A stretch of DNA of 64,000 nucleotides. It comes from Savitreella phatthalungensis (taxonomy: Eukaryota). Under the pieces are notes generated by a model. The model saw only the letters and a list, made by a program, of their open reading frames with translations, ran no database searches and was not told the origin of the DNA. Position numbers and translations under genes: made by a program. Where the stretch lies: contig AP039714.1 in the NCBI GenBank assembly GCA_051599415.1, positions 62,001-126,000 of the forward strand, in the 5' to 3' direction. Positions 12,294-24,100 of this stretch are shown here, in pieces. Positions within the stretch are counted from its first letter, which is position 1; each line of letters opens with the position of its first letter.

Positions 12294-15200
12294 GACACTA
12301 CGTATTCCGTGTTGTCTGAACGAACTGTGGAGCCTGAGCTCAATAGACCACGAGATCGATCTGACCGGAAGCTGGCGTCATCACACGACCCACCTGACAC
12401 CTCCTTTGCAAATAAATATCGTTGACCTCATGATCAAGCTTCTCTGTGCCACCGATGAACATGGTACGAGATAACAGTGTCAACAAGCAGGGAAAATCAA
12501 CAAAAAGCATGACGCGACGTATACGCGTCATGTGGTGTCGTGGACATAACCCCCTTGATATTCCGCATGCTTGGTTGATCTGCGCAGTCGAGGAGGACAT
12601 GGATCGTCGATTGTGCGTTGGCAAGGCCAAAGTGACACGTGTGGGATATGAGAAGATTTTGGGGGTCTGTGTGGAGAACGTGCCAAGCACATGGATAGTC
12701 GGCGTGCATTCCTTCTGCGGAACAAGCCAAGCCAAGAGATAGCCAAGCCTCGATCATCCTCCTCCTTCGCCACAATCTCTCCACTTGGCCTCCTCACAGG
12801 CACCGCATGCATCCTCGGACGAGGGTCATGCTGATCAAGGAGACACACCGCATGCGACATCACGAACCCTTGCAGATTCTCTCATCCCTATGCACAGAGA
12901 TATCTCCAATCTTGCCTATCCAGAATACCAGCATCCGGGTCATTGTTCCACTCAGAGATCCTACCGACGATCACCATGATAACACCCTGATTGCAAAAGG
13001 TTGTTGACAAGAGATCCCTTGCTTTTGCATTCAATGATAGTCTGACCAACGGATCTATCACTCTCCCCGCCCGGCTGCCCCTCCGTCAGGGCCGATCGAC
13101 ACTGCAGGGTGGACGGGTGCGAGGTTGGATGGGTGGATTTTGTGTGCATATGTGCGCTACTGAGTTATTTCCATACTTCATTTACCTGAGATTTTGATGC
13201 TTCTAAATTTAAACCTGAATATTTTATACACACCCATCAATACATCCAACCCAGCCAGCCAGCCAGCCAGCCGATCCAATGCACAAAATACCAGCCGAGG
13301 CTACCCAACCCCCAGCCATGCAGGTACGTATGCATATTGGCATCGAGGAGAAAAATTAGCCATAGCAGTTGGGGGTCACCCAGAGTCAATGTAAAGATTC
13401 AAAATGCACATCGCCAAATTTAGACGCCAATATTGATTCCCTCACTCTCTCTCAGTCACTCACTCATTCAATCTCACTCACTCACATTATTTCAAAGGAA
13501 TCATCACCAGTCAATCAGCTAGCCACCTGCCAGCATACTGCAAAGCAAATCAATGCATGGAAAAAGAGTCGGGAAGAAGGGTCTATGCACGACATGTTGG
13601 TATGCATAGTATATCAGCTGTACATTCTTCAGAATAGACATGTCTGTATATAGGTAGAGGTAGAATTGACTTTCAATACACACGTGCCCTTCATCTAAAG
13701 TCTATCCGCAATATCACAAAGCATTCGCCAGCAAGGAAGCAGAGGACACAGCATTTACCATCCTCGTGGACCCGACAAAATATGACGAGTCATCCGCGAA
13801 CTCCAACAACATCTTCATAATCCTCCGAGTGAGAGACAATTTCTTGTGTTCGGTCCATGGGGAGTCCCAACCACAATGCAAGTCCAACAATCGACGCATC
13901 CGGGGAAGAAGGTGAACTCGCTCCGTCCAGGGTGATTGACAAAATGCACTCGAGACCCGATTATCACATGTGTCGGACGAGCGATTGAGTAAGTGCGGGT
14001 GAGTGACGACGACTGTCAAAATCAGGGTTAGTGATCCAATGAGAACGCATTCCCGGAGCGTTGGAACGATTGATGTGTATACTACCGTTTCACCTGTCGA
14101 CAGAGAAAGGAAAAGTATGGGGTAGATGGACATGACCACGTACACACGACACAAGTGAATGTCAAGGCTACGACGTAACGGCCACGCTTCCGTGTCCTCG
14201 CCGGAAGCAAACGCTCATCCACAATGTCGGTCAGCTAGCTGACCATAATACACCGGGGATTCCTTCTTTCACCCTATGTCGTACACAAACGTGCGTATCG
14301 AACATATAAAAGACCCAGCACATCGTCTGCCGTACCGCCTGGCAGCCGCCGTCCTCTCTCAGGAGCTTCATCCCGTCAGATTAAAAACCACACCACCACA
14401 GGAATTCGTCCTAGCTGGGATTCATGTCTTACATGGGTGGGGCAGGGAGGCGCGCGGTTGAAGATGAGATGGTGGAATTCCCATTCCCGTTCTCCTTCAC
14501 CCACAGTGCTTCAAACTCTTTTTTTTTCTCTCTCTCTCAAAATGTCGGAGAATTCACGCGGGCGACAAGAAGAATCAGCGTATTTCCGAATTCGGTAATT
14601 CTCTCGATCTCCAATTCTTAAAGAGGCAGTACCACAACACCATCCTCGAGGCCAACTGGCATTGATACAGTGAGGAGGACGGGAAGCCACAAGCCTCAGC
14701 CGTCCATACTCTCCTAGTCAGCGTCAACGATGTTCTTCTAGAATACCTTTAGCGTCACTGTCGCAGGCGCACGCGACTTCCCAATCAGGCTCCCGACCTC
14801 ATCCACCTCTCTTCTGCACCTCTCCACCACAATCACACACACACTGCTCCACTGCCTTACTCACACAGTCGATCGCCTCCATCCGCGGCAACTCTAAGAA
14901 CATCTGTGCCTCTTCCCTCTGACGAAATGACGATCTCAAAAGATCTCCAGTCTGCATCTGGAAGAAGCTCATCCACCCCAAAGCTGATAAATGACTCTTG
15001 ACTCAGATTCCAACGCCTGCTCCCATCCACCTTCGCCTGTGCTCATACCACATGATACGTCCGCATCCTGTGACCCAGTGTCTTTCAGCACATACGCGAG
15101 CGATGACCCTCATTGAGCAAGCGAGATGAGTCTCCAGGACTTTTCTCTTTGCGTGGGATTGATAGCCGTACGTCGGAATCACACAGCGTCAGTCAATCTC

Positions 15201-15886
15201 TTCCATTTCCATGATCATCACTCAACCTGAGAGGCACTCTGCAACGTCCCAAGACGTCACCGAAAAGGGTCTTCCTTCTTCGAAAGTGATCGGCGGCTCA
15301 TACACCGGCTCCTCATCCTGATCATCCGTCCGTCCATCCGTTCATCTGCCAAATCCCTCTATCACTCATCCGGCTTGCCAGTCTCTCTTTCTACCATCCG
15401 AGACGCTTCCCACACATACACGGAAATCTCACATCTACGCACACGTGAACGAATTTGTTGCCCCTTGATCAAGTGAGTGTGTATTTTCATCTACACATCA
15501 ACTGTCATCTCCGACCCATCCGATTTAGATCGACTGGGCTCATGGAGAGTGGTGCGTGAGTGGTGCACCGTCTGACAGATCCTCGGCCATGACAAAGTAC
15601 TTTTCTCCGCCACAATTTCAGAACTAGCGTCTCGAAGAATTCTTTGTTAAATCGTACAGTCCAACCCATCGCATTGAGAAGTTTCCGCTTTCCGCATCCT
15701 TTTCACGTGAGCCGCCCGCAACACTGCGGTAGCCGGATCGTTCATAATCGAATCCCCGTGTTCCGACTCCCGGATCAGAAGCCCAAAAATAAAGATGCAG
15801 GCAATCGCCGCATAGGGGTGGGTCGCAAGCCGTCATCGTTAGAATCATCACAGCTGCTTTTTCTTCCTCTCCTGAATGACCGTATA

Positions 15887-17185
15887 CTAGCGTGTAAGGA
15901 TGCGGTTCTGAATATGGCGCGTGGCTCTGCCCTTGGCTCTTGCGTACAGGTAGAACAAGTTGAGAAAGTCCTTTGCGACGACGAAGCAGACGCCGCCAAT
16001 CAGCGCACGCTGAAACCTGTGCGGGTACGCCTTCCTGAACGACGGAATCGCCCGCGACAGCAATGTGCCTGACCACGACGCAAGCTTCGGCAAGACTAAC
16101 GCACCAGCAATCAATCGAGCGAATTTTGGAGCCTCGATGTAGATCCACCTTTCTGCTTCGCCGTCCTCATCGTTGTTGTTGTTGTTGTCGTTGTGGTTGT
16201 GGGGTCCACCCTCTGCGTGCTCCTGGATGAGTTGTTCGTGCCTGGCACGCCGGCGCTCAGCCACGTTGAGCTCGAGCATGGGTGGTGCATCGCCGGCCTG
16301 AATGCGGTCGATCGGTCGATCTCGGAGGACGACACCCGGAGCAAGCTCGCGTGAACGTTCTCTGAGCAAGCCAGCCTCCCTTTTCCACTGGAGCTCCCGC
16401 CTGCCAAAGCACACCCGCCAGCAGACGCTGTAGACGTTCCTGAGCCAGGGCAACACGCACAGCCACAGCGTCGGAGACGACTGCATCGGCCTCCTCGCCT
16501 GGATGAAGGACGCGTCTGAGAAGCAGAAGATGGACGGCACAAGCGGCAGCACAAAGTTGAACAGGTCAAACCGGGAGCCGATCAGGCAAAACGGGATCAC
16601 GCTTGCCCCAATCATGTACCTGGCCTCGTCCCCAGGCTTCAAGTTCACAATGATCTCCATCAGCCGATCCTCACCAAGCACATCCTGCATCGCAGCCTGT
16701 CCGTAGTAGAAGCAGGCGACTGCGAAACCCTTCAGCATCCCTAGCGGAATCGTCGCCAGCAGTCCTCGTGTGATCCACTTGTCCCCGACCGTCAGCGCCC
16801 TCACCAGGTGCGACCTCCTGCTCGTGATGGCGTACCGCTGCTTGCACTGCGGGCACCTGATGGACGATGTCGGGATCGGTCCCTGTGGGGAATGCCGCTG
16901 CGTCTCGTCCACCCATCTGAGCAGACACGCCTCGTGCGCAACAAGCGAGCACGCGCACGGCTTCCGCCATCCCTCAGACCGCATCGGATCCACCCCAGAC
17001 TCCTCTTCGAAACAAATCCAGCACCGCGTCAAGTCACCAAGTCCTCCATCTTCCAACCCACCAGCCTCCTCACCACCGCCCATCGCACTTGCAACCCCAT
17101 GTCGCCCGTCCTCAGAAGCAGGCATCTGAGTGACCCCACCCTCGCGCTCGCTCTCCCGACCTCGAAAGACCGGCCGCTGCTCCAT
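15887..17185 (-). CDS. RING-CH (RINGv) membrane E3 ubiquitin ligase, MARCH5-like
   Basis: C4HC3 pattern CWIC...WRKPCACSLVAHEACLLRW...CPQC followed by several hydrophobic segments. C-terminal FQRALIGGVCFVVAKD..Y resembles MARCH5. Start is uncertain (ATG at 17185, or upstream in-frame ATG at 17275). Confidence 0.85.
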   Translation of the reverse strand: MEQRPVFRGRESEREGGVTQMPASEDGRHGVASAMGGGEEAGGLEDGGLGDLTRCWICFEEESGVDPMRSEGWRKPCACSLVAHEACLLRWVDETQRHSPQGPIPTSSIRCPQCKQRYAITSRRSHLVRALTVGDKWITRGLLATIPLGMLKGFAVACFYYGQAAMQDVLGEDRLMEIIVNLKPGDEARYMIGASVIPFCLIGSRFDLFNFVLPLVPSIFCFSDASFIQARRPMQSSPTLWLCVLPWLRNVYSVCWRVCFGRRELQWKREAGLLRERSRELAPGVVLRDRPIDRIQAGDAPPMLELNVAERRRARHEQLIQEHAEGGPHNHNDNNNNNDEDGEAERWIYIEAPKFARLIAGALVLPKLASWSGTLLSRAIPSFRKAYPHRFQRALIGGVCFVVAKDFLNLFYLYARAKGRATRHIQNRILTR

Positions 17186-17461
17186 CGCGAAGACGCTCGT
17201 GAGCCCTAGACGCCTATATGTGCGTGTGCGAGTGTGTGCGATGTGTTTTGATGATGTGATGACATCTTCCTGCATTCAATGTTTTAATCACCTGAAATCG
17301 TGCATCCGCAATCACCTCAACACCCACACCCCATACGGCTCCACACGACAAGCACATCATCAACAAAGTCACAGGCCTGAAGGACAACCCCTCAGGGATT
17401 GAACACATCTGTACGTGTTCCATGCGTGATTTGTGGGTATGAGCTATTGAAAAGGGCTTCG

Positions 17462-19387
17462 ATGGCGGCGACGAAGTCTGCAAAGCGCTCAGGGAGAAAG
17501 AAGGCCACATCCATTGACAATGACGCTACCCAGGCTCAGCAGACCGAGACAGCACCGACCAGCGCAGCTCAGGAGGGTTCCAAGTCCCTCCCTGCTCATC
17601 AGGACACCCGTCCAAACACGCGAAAGCGCAAAGCCGAGCTTGAAACAATCGTCATTCCCGACAATGACTCTGCTAAAGCGGAGGAGTCCTCGGAACCCGA
17701 GATATTCGCAAACACACCTGCATGGGCACGTCCCCAGAAGTACACGTTGCGACCGTGTAAAGCGAGCGAAACATCTCGAACGCGTCCTTCATGGGCTCAC
17801 GACTCAGTGATGTATAGCTTGCTAGGCGACAAGATGAGCGGCCCTGAATCGCTGCTGTCGTTCCGCCAAACAATGATCGCCCAGGTCTCTGGTCCTGATC
17901 TCACCCTCATCGACAAGTACACCGACCCTGACCGACCCCAAATCCTCGATCCCAACATCTGGCCTCCCTCCACCGAGAAAGTCAGGGTCGCCGAAGTCCA
18001 GACCGACTCAAACCCTCAATCCTCCCAAACCCGGACCGTCCGAGTCGTCAACGCCGACGGCCAAGTCACGAGTGTCCTGTCCCGGAACGAGGTTATGAAC
18101 ACACCTGTCAGCAGCACGCTGTACACTGGGTTGGAGAACGCGTGTGTGGCTTGGCTGCCTCGACCTAAGGGTGCTTCCGAGTGCTGGCTCTTGGTGGGCG
18201 GGATGGTGAGTGGTGAGTCCACGCCGCGATACTACAGCTTCGGTGGGGGTTCCGGTGTGCTGACGCTGTGCTCGTTTGTGGACGGTCAGGTGTGCGTGCG
18301 TGCACGGTTCCACCACCCGTACGGCCCGATCTGGCAGATCAAAGCTCACCCGCACGCCCGCCCCCTCGAATCCACCTCGCTAGCACTCGTCGCTCTCCTC
18401 TGCAACGACGGAATAGTCCGCATCCTCGATATCCCATCACCACCGTCACCACACACCCAGCAAGACCTCCAGCTCCCAACACCCACACACACCCTACAGC
18501 CAGCATCCCGCACACCAAACATCACAGCATGCGACTGGCTACACCCGACCGCCGTCGTCTGCGGCACGGACAACGGCATGCTGATGGTGTGGTCGGTTGG
18601 TGTGCGTGAGTGGTCGGATCGCCCTGTTTGGTGTTCGAGTGTGCACCTCTGCGGTGTTGGGTGTGTGAGTTCTGGGTATCCTTCTGTGGGTGGGAGTGTG
18701 CTGTCGTGTGGGTGGGACGGTGAGACGAAGGTGACGAGCGGTGTGTTTGGTAGGGCGTCAACGCGGACGGTGTCGCGTGCTCGCGTTGGTGGTGGTGTTG
18801 TCGGGTGGTGTGATCTGACAAGACTAGGCGTGTGCGCGGACGAGACAAGAGACCTCCTAGCCTTCTCCCTCAGGCATCACAAAGTAGGTAACCTCAAAAC
18901 CTCAAACCACACCCTCACCGCACTCGCAACAGCACCAACACATCCCTACGTCCTCGCAGCCGACGCAGCAGGCACCCTCACGCTCGTCAACCCTTTCAGG
19001 AGATTCGCAGCAAGGAAGCTCCCGCCACTCACGCGCGTACTCTACAGGCTCGATATCGGCCGTCCAGGGCTCACGCACGATAGAGAGAGGTGGCAGTATA
19101 GGTTCACCGAGCGATTCAACGTCGATGTTGGGGTTGCGAGCGAGCGTACTTACGCCGTCAAGTCCAGTCGGCCGGCCGCGGATGGTGGTGGTGGTGGTGG
19201 TGGTGGTGGCGCGGAGGAGGAGGATGTGAAGAAGGAGTTGGCAAACTCACATGCAGGCACCGTTCTCAAGAGTGTCTTCCCTGAACCACTTGCCGTGAGA
19301 GGCGTCTCCTGGTGTACGGACTACGGCAAGGAACACCTGGTGGCCTCGTGTACGCGCGATTTCCTTCGCGTCGATCGAGTCTCGTAG
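17462..19387 (+). CDS. WD40 protein, probable TFIIIC tauB subunit Tfc6/Sfc6
   Basis: Basic/disordered N-terminus. Propeller segments GPIWQIKAHP, LVALLCNDGIVRILDIP, TACDWL..VVCGTDNG, SCGWDG, PTHPYVLAADAAGTL.LVNP.RR fit the fungal Tfc6 layout. First ATG is at 17462 (the track start is TTG). Confidence 0.65.
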   Translation: MAATKSAKRSGRKKATSIDNDATQAQQTETAPTSAAQEGSKSLPAHQDTRPNTRKRKAELETIVIPDNDSAKAEESSEPEIFANTPAWARPQKYTLRPCKASETSRTRPSWAHDSVMYSLLGDKMSGPESLLSFRQTMIAQVSGPDLTLIDKYTDPDRPQILDPNIWPPSTEKVRVAEVQTDSNPQSSQTRTVRVVNADGQVTSVLSRNEVMNTPVSSTLYTGLENACVAWLPRPKGASECWLLVGGMVSGESTPRYYSFGGGSGVLTLCSFVDGQVCVRARFHHPYGPIWQIKAHPHARPLESTSLALVALLCNDGIVRILDIPSPPSPHTQQDLQLPTPTHTLQPASRTPNITACDWLHPTAVVCGTDNGMLMVWSVGVREWSDRPVWCSSVHLCGVGCVSSGYPSVGGSVLSCGWDGETKVTSGVFGRASTRTVSRARVGGGVVGWCDLTRLGVCADETRDLLAFSLRHHKVGNLKTSNHTLTALATAPTHPYVLAADAAGTLTLVNPFRRFAARKLPPLTRVLYRLDIGRPGLTHDRERWQYRFTERFNVDVGVASERTYAVKSSRPAADGGGGGGGGGAEEEDVKKELANSHAGTVLKSVFPEPLAVRGVSWCTDYGKEHLVASCTRDFLRVDRVS

Positions 19388-19470
19388 TAGTGCTAGAAAG
19401 TATATATAGAGCTACATGTGCCAGACTGAAGACTAATAAGGGTAACCTGCCCTGCGTTAGAAGTAATCAT

Positions 19471-21162
19471 TTATACAGAGGTCTTGTCGGACTCGACCAC
19501 GGTGAGGTTGGTTTTGCCGGCCTTGCTGTCGTCTCCGAGGGATGCGACTTCGGCAACGAGGACGGCCGGGTTGACTGTGATGCCGAGTCTCCTAGCTTCT
19601 TCTGGCGTGAAAGTGCCGAAGACATCGAGCTCGTCGATCGTGTCGATGCCCGGGTATGGGAATGCTTTACAGATGGCATAGTAGACTGCGGCGGAGACGC
19701 AGAAGCCTGCAGGGTATGCGAGGTAGAAGTAGTGTGTTGCGCCGATGGGGACTGAGATGGTCGGTGTGACGTTGTGGACGAAGCCAGGGAGCAAAGGGCC
19801 GAAGCCGACGATCCAAGCGACGAACGACCTCGGGTTGAATCCACCGCTGTACCAGTAGATGCTCGTCGCGTCCGGTTTGTACAGGTGCGAGAGACGGATT
19901 CGACGCTTACAGACAAGCCAGTAGTGGGTGATCATGATGCCGCACATCGGCCCGAGGAAGACTGAGTAAGCGCCGAGGACGGAGAGGAAAACGGATGCGG
20001 TCGAGAGCAGCTGCCATGGTTGAAGGATGACGGAGAGAATCAAGGTGAGGTAGGCGCCCCTGCGGATGTTGAGGTACCTTGGGACTAGACCTGCAAAGTC
20101 CATGCCACCGGAGAAGGCGTTGTCGAACGCGTTGATGGCCAGCTGGGCGACGACGAAACCGAGGCCGAGGAAGAAGCAGCCTGCACGAGCTGTTGGAGTG
20201 TAACCACGAGCGAGGATCCGCTCTGCGATCGTCGGTGGATTCCACACCACTTCGCCAAAGACCTGCTGCGTCGCAGACGCACAGATACAGCCGAGCAGAG
20301 GAACCACCGTTCCAAAGACCGGGATCGAAAGCCATTGACCCATCACCTGGTCTCCCGGCCTGCGGGCGAATCGGGAGTAGTCTGGCTGATTGGAGAGGCC
20401 GACTGCGATCGAGCCGATGACGGACGTGATTCCCTGGACGATGCCCCAGCCGTACTCGTCCGAGGTTTTGAGTGTGGCGCCGGCAGAGAGCAGCGGCCCC
20501 GGACCACCTGCCTCGTGCACCGCCCAGGCGGTCAGACCGACGACGGTGACGAGAGTGACCGCGTTACTGACGACGAATGCGCGTTTTGTCTTTTCCACCG
20601 GCACATACACGCACGCGCACATGAGGAAGTTGAAGATAACCCATCCGATGAAGGTCTTGGTGTGCATGTGGGTCGAGGCTGGCATGGTGTTGGTCATGTG
20701 CTGGAAGCTCGGGAAGATGGAAGACAGGACGATCGAAACGCAGATTCCGCCGGTCCAGCTCTGGACGGCCATCCAGACTGCGGAGAGGATGATTCGCTGG
20801 ACCACCTGCACGTAGCACCCATACATACCCCAGATGTACCTCGAGATCACTGTGAACCCAATGTGCCATTCCGCTCCGGGCCATCCGTTGAATACCGCGA
20901 CAAAGGCAATGATGAGTCGGGCAATCACTGTCGAGATCATCGCCTGCCACACGGACAGTCCGAGCGCCACAAGGGCAGAACCTGTCGTCATGCTGTACAA
21001 GGTCAAGTTGTTGAGTGCCCAGAAGAAGACAAAGTAGGTTGTCGTCCAGGTGCGTCTGTGTGGAGGTAGAGGTTTGATGTCATCGTTGATCCAGGCATTA
21101 GCCTTGTCAATGTCAGAGGAACTCAGACGAAGCACCGAGTCGGCGCGTCGAAGGAAGTCCAT
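19471..21162 (-). CDS. NCS1 (Fur/Dal4-like) nucleobase/allantoin/hydantoin cation symporter
   Basis: 563 aa, about 12 TM segments. DIKPLPPHRRTW, GWPGAEWHIGF..SRY.WG.YG, NQPDYSRFA, WNPP, GGMD..L.PRYLNIRRG, QPWQLL, YSVFLGP..GIM..HY. Confidence 0.93.
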   Translation of the reverse strand: MDFLRRADSVLRLSSSDIDKANAWINDDIKPLPPHRRTWTTTYFVFFWALNNLTLYSMTTGSALVALGLSVWQAMISTVIARLIIAFVAVFNGWPGAEWHIGFTVISRYIWGMYGCYVQVVQRIILSAVWMAVQSWTGGICVSIVLSSIFPSFQHMTNTMPASTHMHTKTFIGWVIFNFLMCACVYVPVEKTKRAFVVSNAVTLVTVVGLTAWAVHEAGGPGPLLSAGATLKTSDEYGWGIVQGITSVIGSIAVGLSNQPDYSRFARRPGDQVMGQWLSIPVFGTVVPLLGCICASATQQVFGEVVWNPPTIAERILARGYTPTARAGCFFLGLGFVVAQLAINAFDNAFSGGMDFAGLVPRYLNIRRGAYLTLILSVILQPWQLLSTASVFLSVLGAYSVFLGPMCGIMITHYWLVCKRRIRLSHLYKPDATSIYWYSGGFNPRSFVAWIVGFGPLLPGFVHNVTPTISVPIGATHYFYLAYPAGFCVSAAVYYAICKAFPYPGIDTIDELDVFGTFTPEEARRLGITVNPAVLVAEVASLGDDSKAGKTNLTVVESDKTSV

Positions 21163-24100
21163 CTTCTCCTTCGGTGATTGAGTGATTAGAGACTGAGTAG
21201 ATGATACTTTCGTGGATGTCAGATGGCGCTCGATGTGTTTGGGAAGGCGAGGAGTTCGACTTCTTATAGAGACTGTAGGTCGAGTTCAGGGTAAAGGTAG
21301 GCCTAATGTCGATGACCTTATCGAAGTGACAAGATTGTGACGTGAAGATGATAGGCCTCTGTCGAAGGTGAAATGGCTAAGGAAAGCGTCCGGCGAGTAG
21401 GGGGACGATACGAATGAGGTCTGAATGAGACAGATAAGGAGGTGAGCAGTCTCGACAACTTGAGTTGGGTTGTGGAATTTGTCCAGATGGGCGCGCGTGA
21501 CTGAAGTATGCCCTAAAGCAGAGGGAAGTGTAATGAGCTCGCTAGACAGTTAATCTTACAAGGTCGTGAAGTGGACAAGGCCAAGATGCAGACCGTGCCA
21601 ATGACACGAGCTGCGGGACACGATAGCCGATACTACGGCTCTGAGACTTTTGGGTCCTGCCGGGTTCCTCTGCTTTGATACGTTCGTAAAGGGCGCGTCG
21701 AGTCTGAAGAGTCACTCGAAGATTGCTTGACTTGACCTGGGCTAACCTGAGCCGGCGGATCTGCAATGTCCGATGAACTAAGAAGTATGTACGAGATGGA
21801 AAGGCTTCTGCCGCGTATCTGACCTTGTTGGCTTTCTGGAGTTGTAGAGGAATCTGGGAGAATCTGAAAGTGGATCTCGTGACCTGCCACAGTCTGTGCG
21901 GATGAGCGCGGGGGATAAGCGTCGGCTGGCTGCAGGAACGTCGCGCTTAGATGCGACACGAGGTCACTTTCATCTCCGGATGTTCAGTCGGCGGCGAGGA
22001 AGTTCAGAGATCAAATTTCCAGGGCAAGGATACTGGATAGATTGGTGACCAGGTGGGCAGGTGGTGAGTAGGCGGATATCCAAGGTTGAATTGCCGGTTC
22101 GGCGGATAAATGAGAGAAGCACGCCTACACGAGAGAAGAGATGGTCAGGTGAGAGACTTACAAGGTCTTTCAGACTTGACCTGGTTGATTGCAGGAGCAG
22201 GTAGACTCGATGATCTCTTCTCGGTAATGTTTACGATTCCCAGCTGATAAGGAAAGGGATTAAGATCGAGAAGAAGATCCACGAGCAAATAGGGCACAAG
22301 TGGGTGAATGGCAGTGACTCAATCGATGATGAGCAGATTGAGGTGAGCAAATCCACGATCCACAAATGGATGCGAAAGAGGAGATATGTGAGAAGGATCT
22401 TGGGTCACTCTGTCGTGAGTCAAGATCAGTGGAGAGAGGCGATGAAAGGAAGGCAGAGATAGAGAGAGATGAGTGAAAGGTGGCGTGCGATCTAGTTGAG
22501 AATAAGTCTGCTCCTGATCCTGGATCTAATCCCCCGCGGACGACAAGAAGAGATTAGGAGGAGAGCGTCTGTCGCTTGGCGGGAGAGATGATGCAGGTGC
22601 AGGAACTCTGACGCTGGCGCGACTGAAGTTGTACAATCGATGAGGAAGCCACGAGTGGATATGCGAGAGGGAAATGCGAGAGGATGAGAGCGCCTCCCGT
22701 CTTGTCTTTGCCCTTGAGGTCTGACCCTGTCCTGTGGTTTAGGGGAGCATCTATAATATCGGTCTGCAATGGTTCACATTCCCATATCACTCGATCGTGA
22801 TCTCTCTCTTCTCTGTCTCTCTCTCTCTAAAATTAAAGTTTGTTGGACGTTAGATCAGCTTAATCTGGGTATATAGCTTGACAGGATGCGCTGGACGTGA
22901 TAACGCAATTGACAATAGATTTTAATTGACTTTTATGAAATTACTTGATTTGAAGAAATTGATTTACTGATCCATCGATTGATTTAGGCTGTTGGATGAA
23001 ATATTCATTCAAGGTCAAATTTCATCCTCTTCAGATTGAATTCCACTCCCTCTGCTACGGCTATTTTGAACATGATTCACTCCACCATTTCCACTTCCAC
23101 TTTCACTTTGCTCAATCAAATTGCAAAATGAATTGTGCCTGTGAGTACTGACTCTCTCCTTTGAAACATGAGCATTGGAGGCGAGACGATACCCACTAAA
23201 TTAACCAAATCGGGATAAGTTAGTGACGTACATATTGTATAGATGCATATCATTCACTAATTTATCCTATTCAGGCTTATCTCCATCTTTATCAACTCAC
23301 AAATTTATCCTTTCCTGGATTTCATCTCTCATCGAATCGCATCAGATCGCTTCTACTCCACAGATCTGCGGCACATGATATCTTCCTCTTCCATTCATTT
23401 CGTACCCTTTTTATCCGGGGTGGAACCTACTGACAATCGATTATCATCATCATCTCCAGTGGATGTCGACTGTAATCTCTTGGCGATATGGAAAACTACC
23501 GATGTGCCGGTGGGGCGGAATTGTAAGATCCACACAAGCCAATCATCCCACTCGAGGAGAATTGGTTTGAAGGTGGAACGAATGAAGGTATGGCAACAAA
23601 TCATCTATCTCAAACACACCTGCATGAGCCATCCTCTCAGCCCTGCAGACCATCACAGCACAATACAGCACGCGCACAGCCATACGAGCATCAGCACACG
23701 AGCATCGATTGATGAAACGCATTGCAATCTATTCGACACAAGGATTAATGTCTCGCCTAATGACACATTACCCGCCCATACACATGTTGCAGCCCTTCCT
23801 GCACGTCTCTCTAGCCGAGAAGTGAAGCATTAACCGTCATATCCGAACCCTCCTTCTGTATTCGAAGCTTGAGTGCGCGATCTCTATCTCCGTCAATCAT
23901 CCGAACATCTTCATCTCACTTGAACCCACTTCCAGCTTTCACACAACCGGATAATCTAAGGGAGACACAGACACGCACGCGGCAGCACCACGAGCTAGTC
24001 GCATCAATCTGCGTCCTCATTCACATCCAAATCCACATCCACATCCACGATTCACGTTCCACGCTTACAGTTTACACGCAAGAGAAGTTTCTACGACGGA

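Noticed and set aside
12340..15000. Short ORFs in the pat1 upstream region (e.g. 13714-14154, 14799-14981)
   Set aside because: No recognisable homology or convincing splice pattern. Orphan genes cannot be excluded without a search.
20335..21069. Long antisense ORFs (also 26437-27087, 49880-50701, 56571-57185, 61808-62476)
   Set aside because: Shadow ORFs opposite GC-rich real genes, with no recognisable motifs.
22490..22545. TPP riboswitch-like string TGAGA...CCTGATC.TGGAT.TAAT...GCG
   Set aside because: P2 and P4 partner strands are missing, and it is antisense to the permease. The resemblance is superficial. An Rfam RF00059 scan would settle it.
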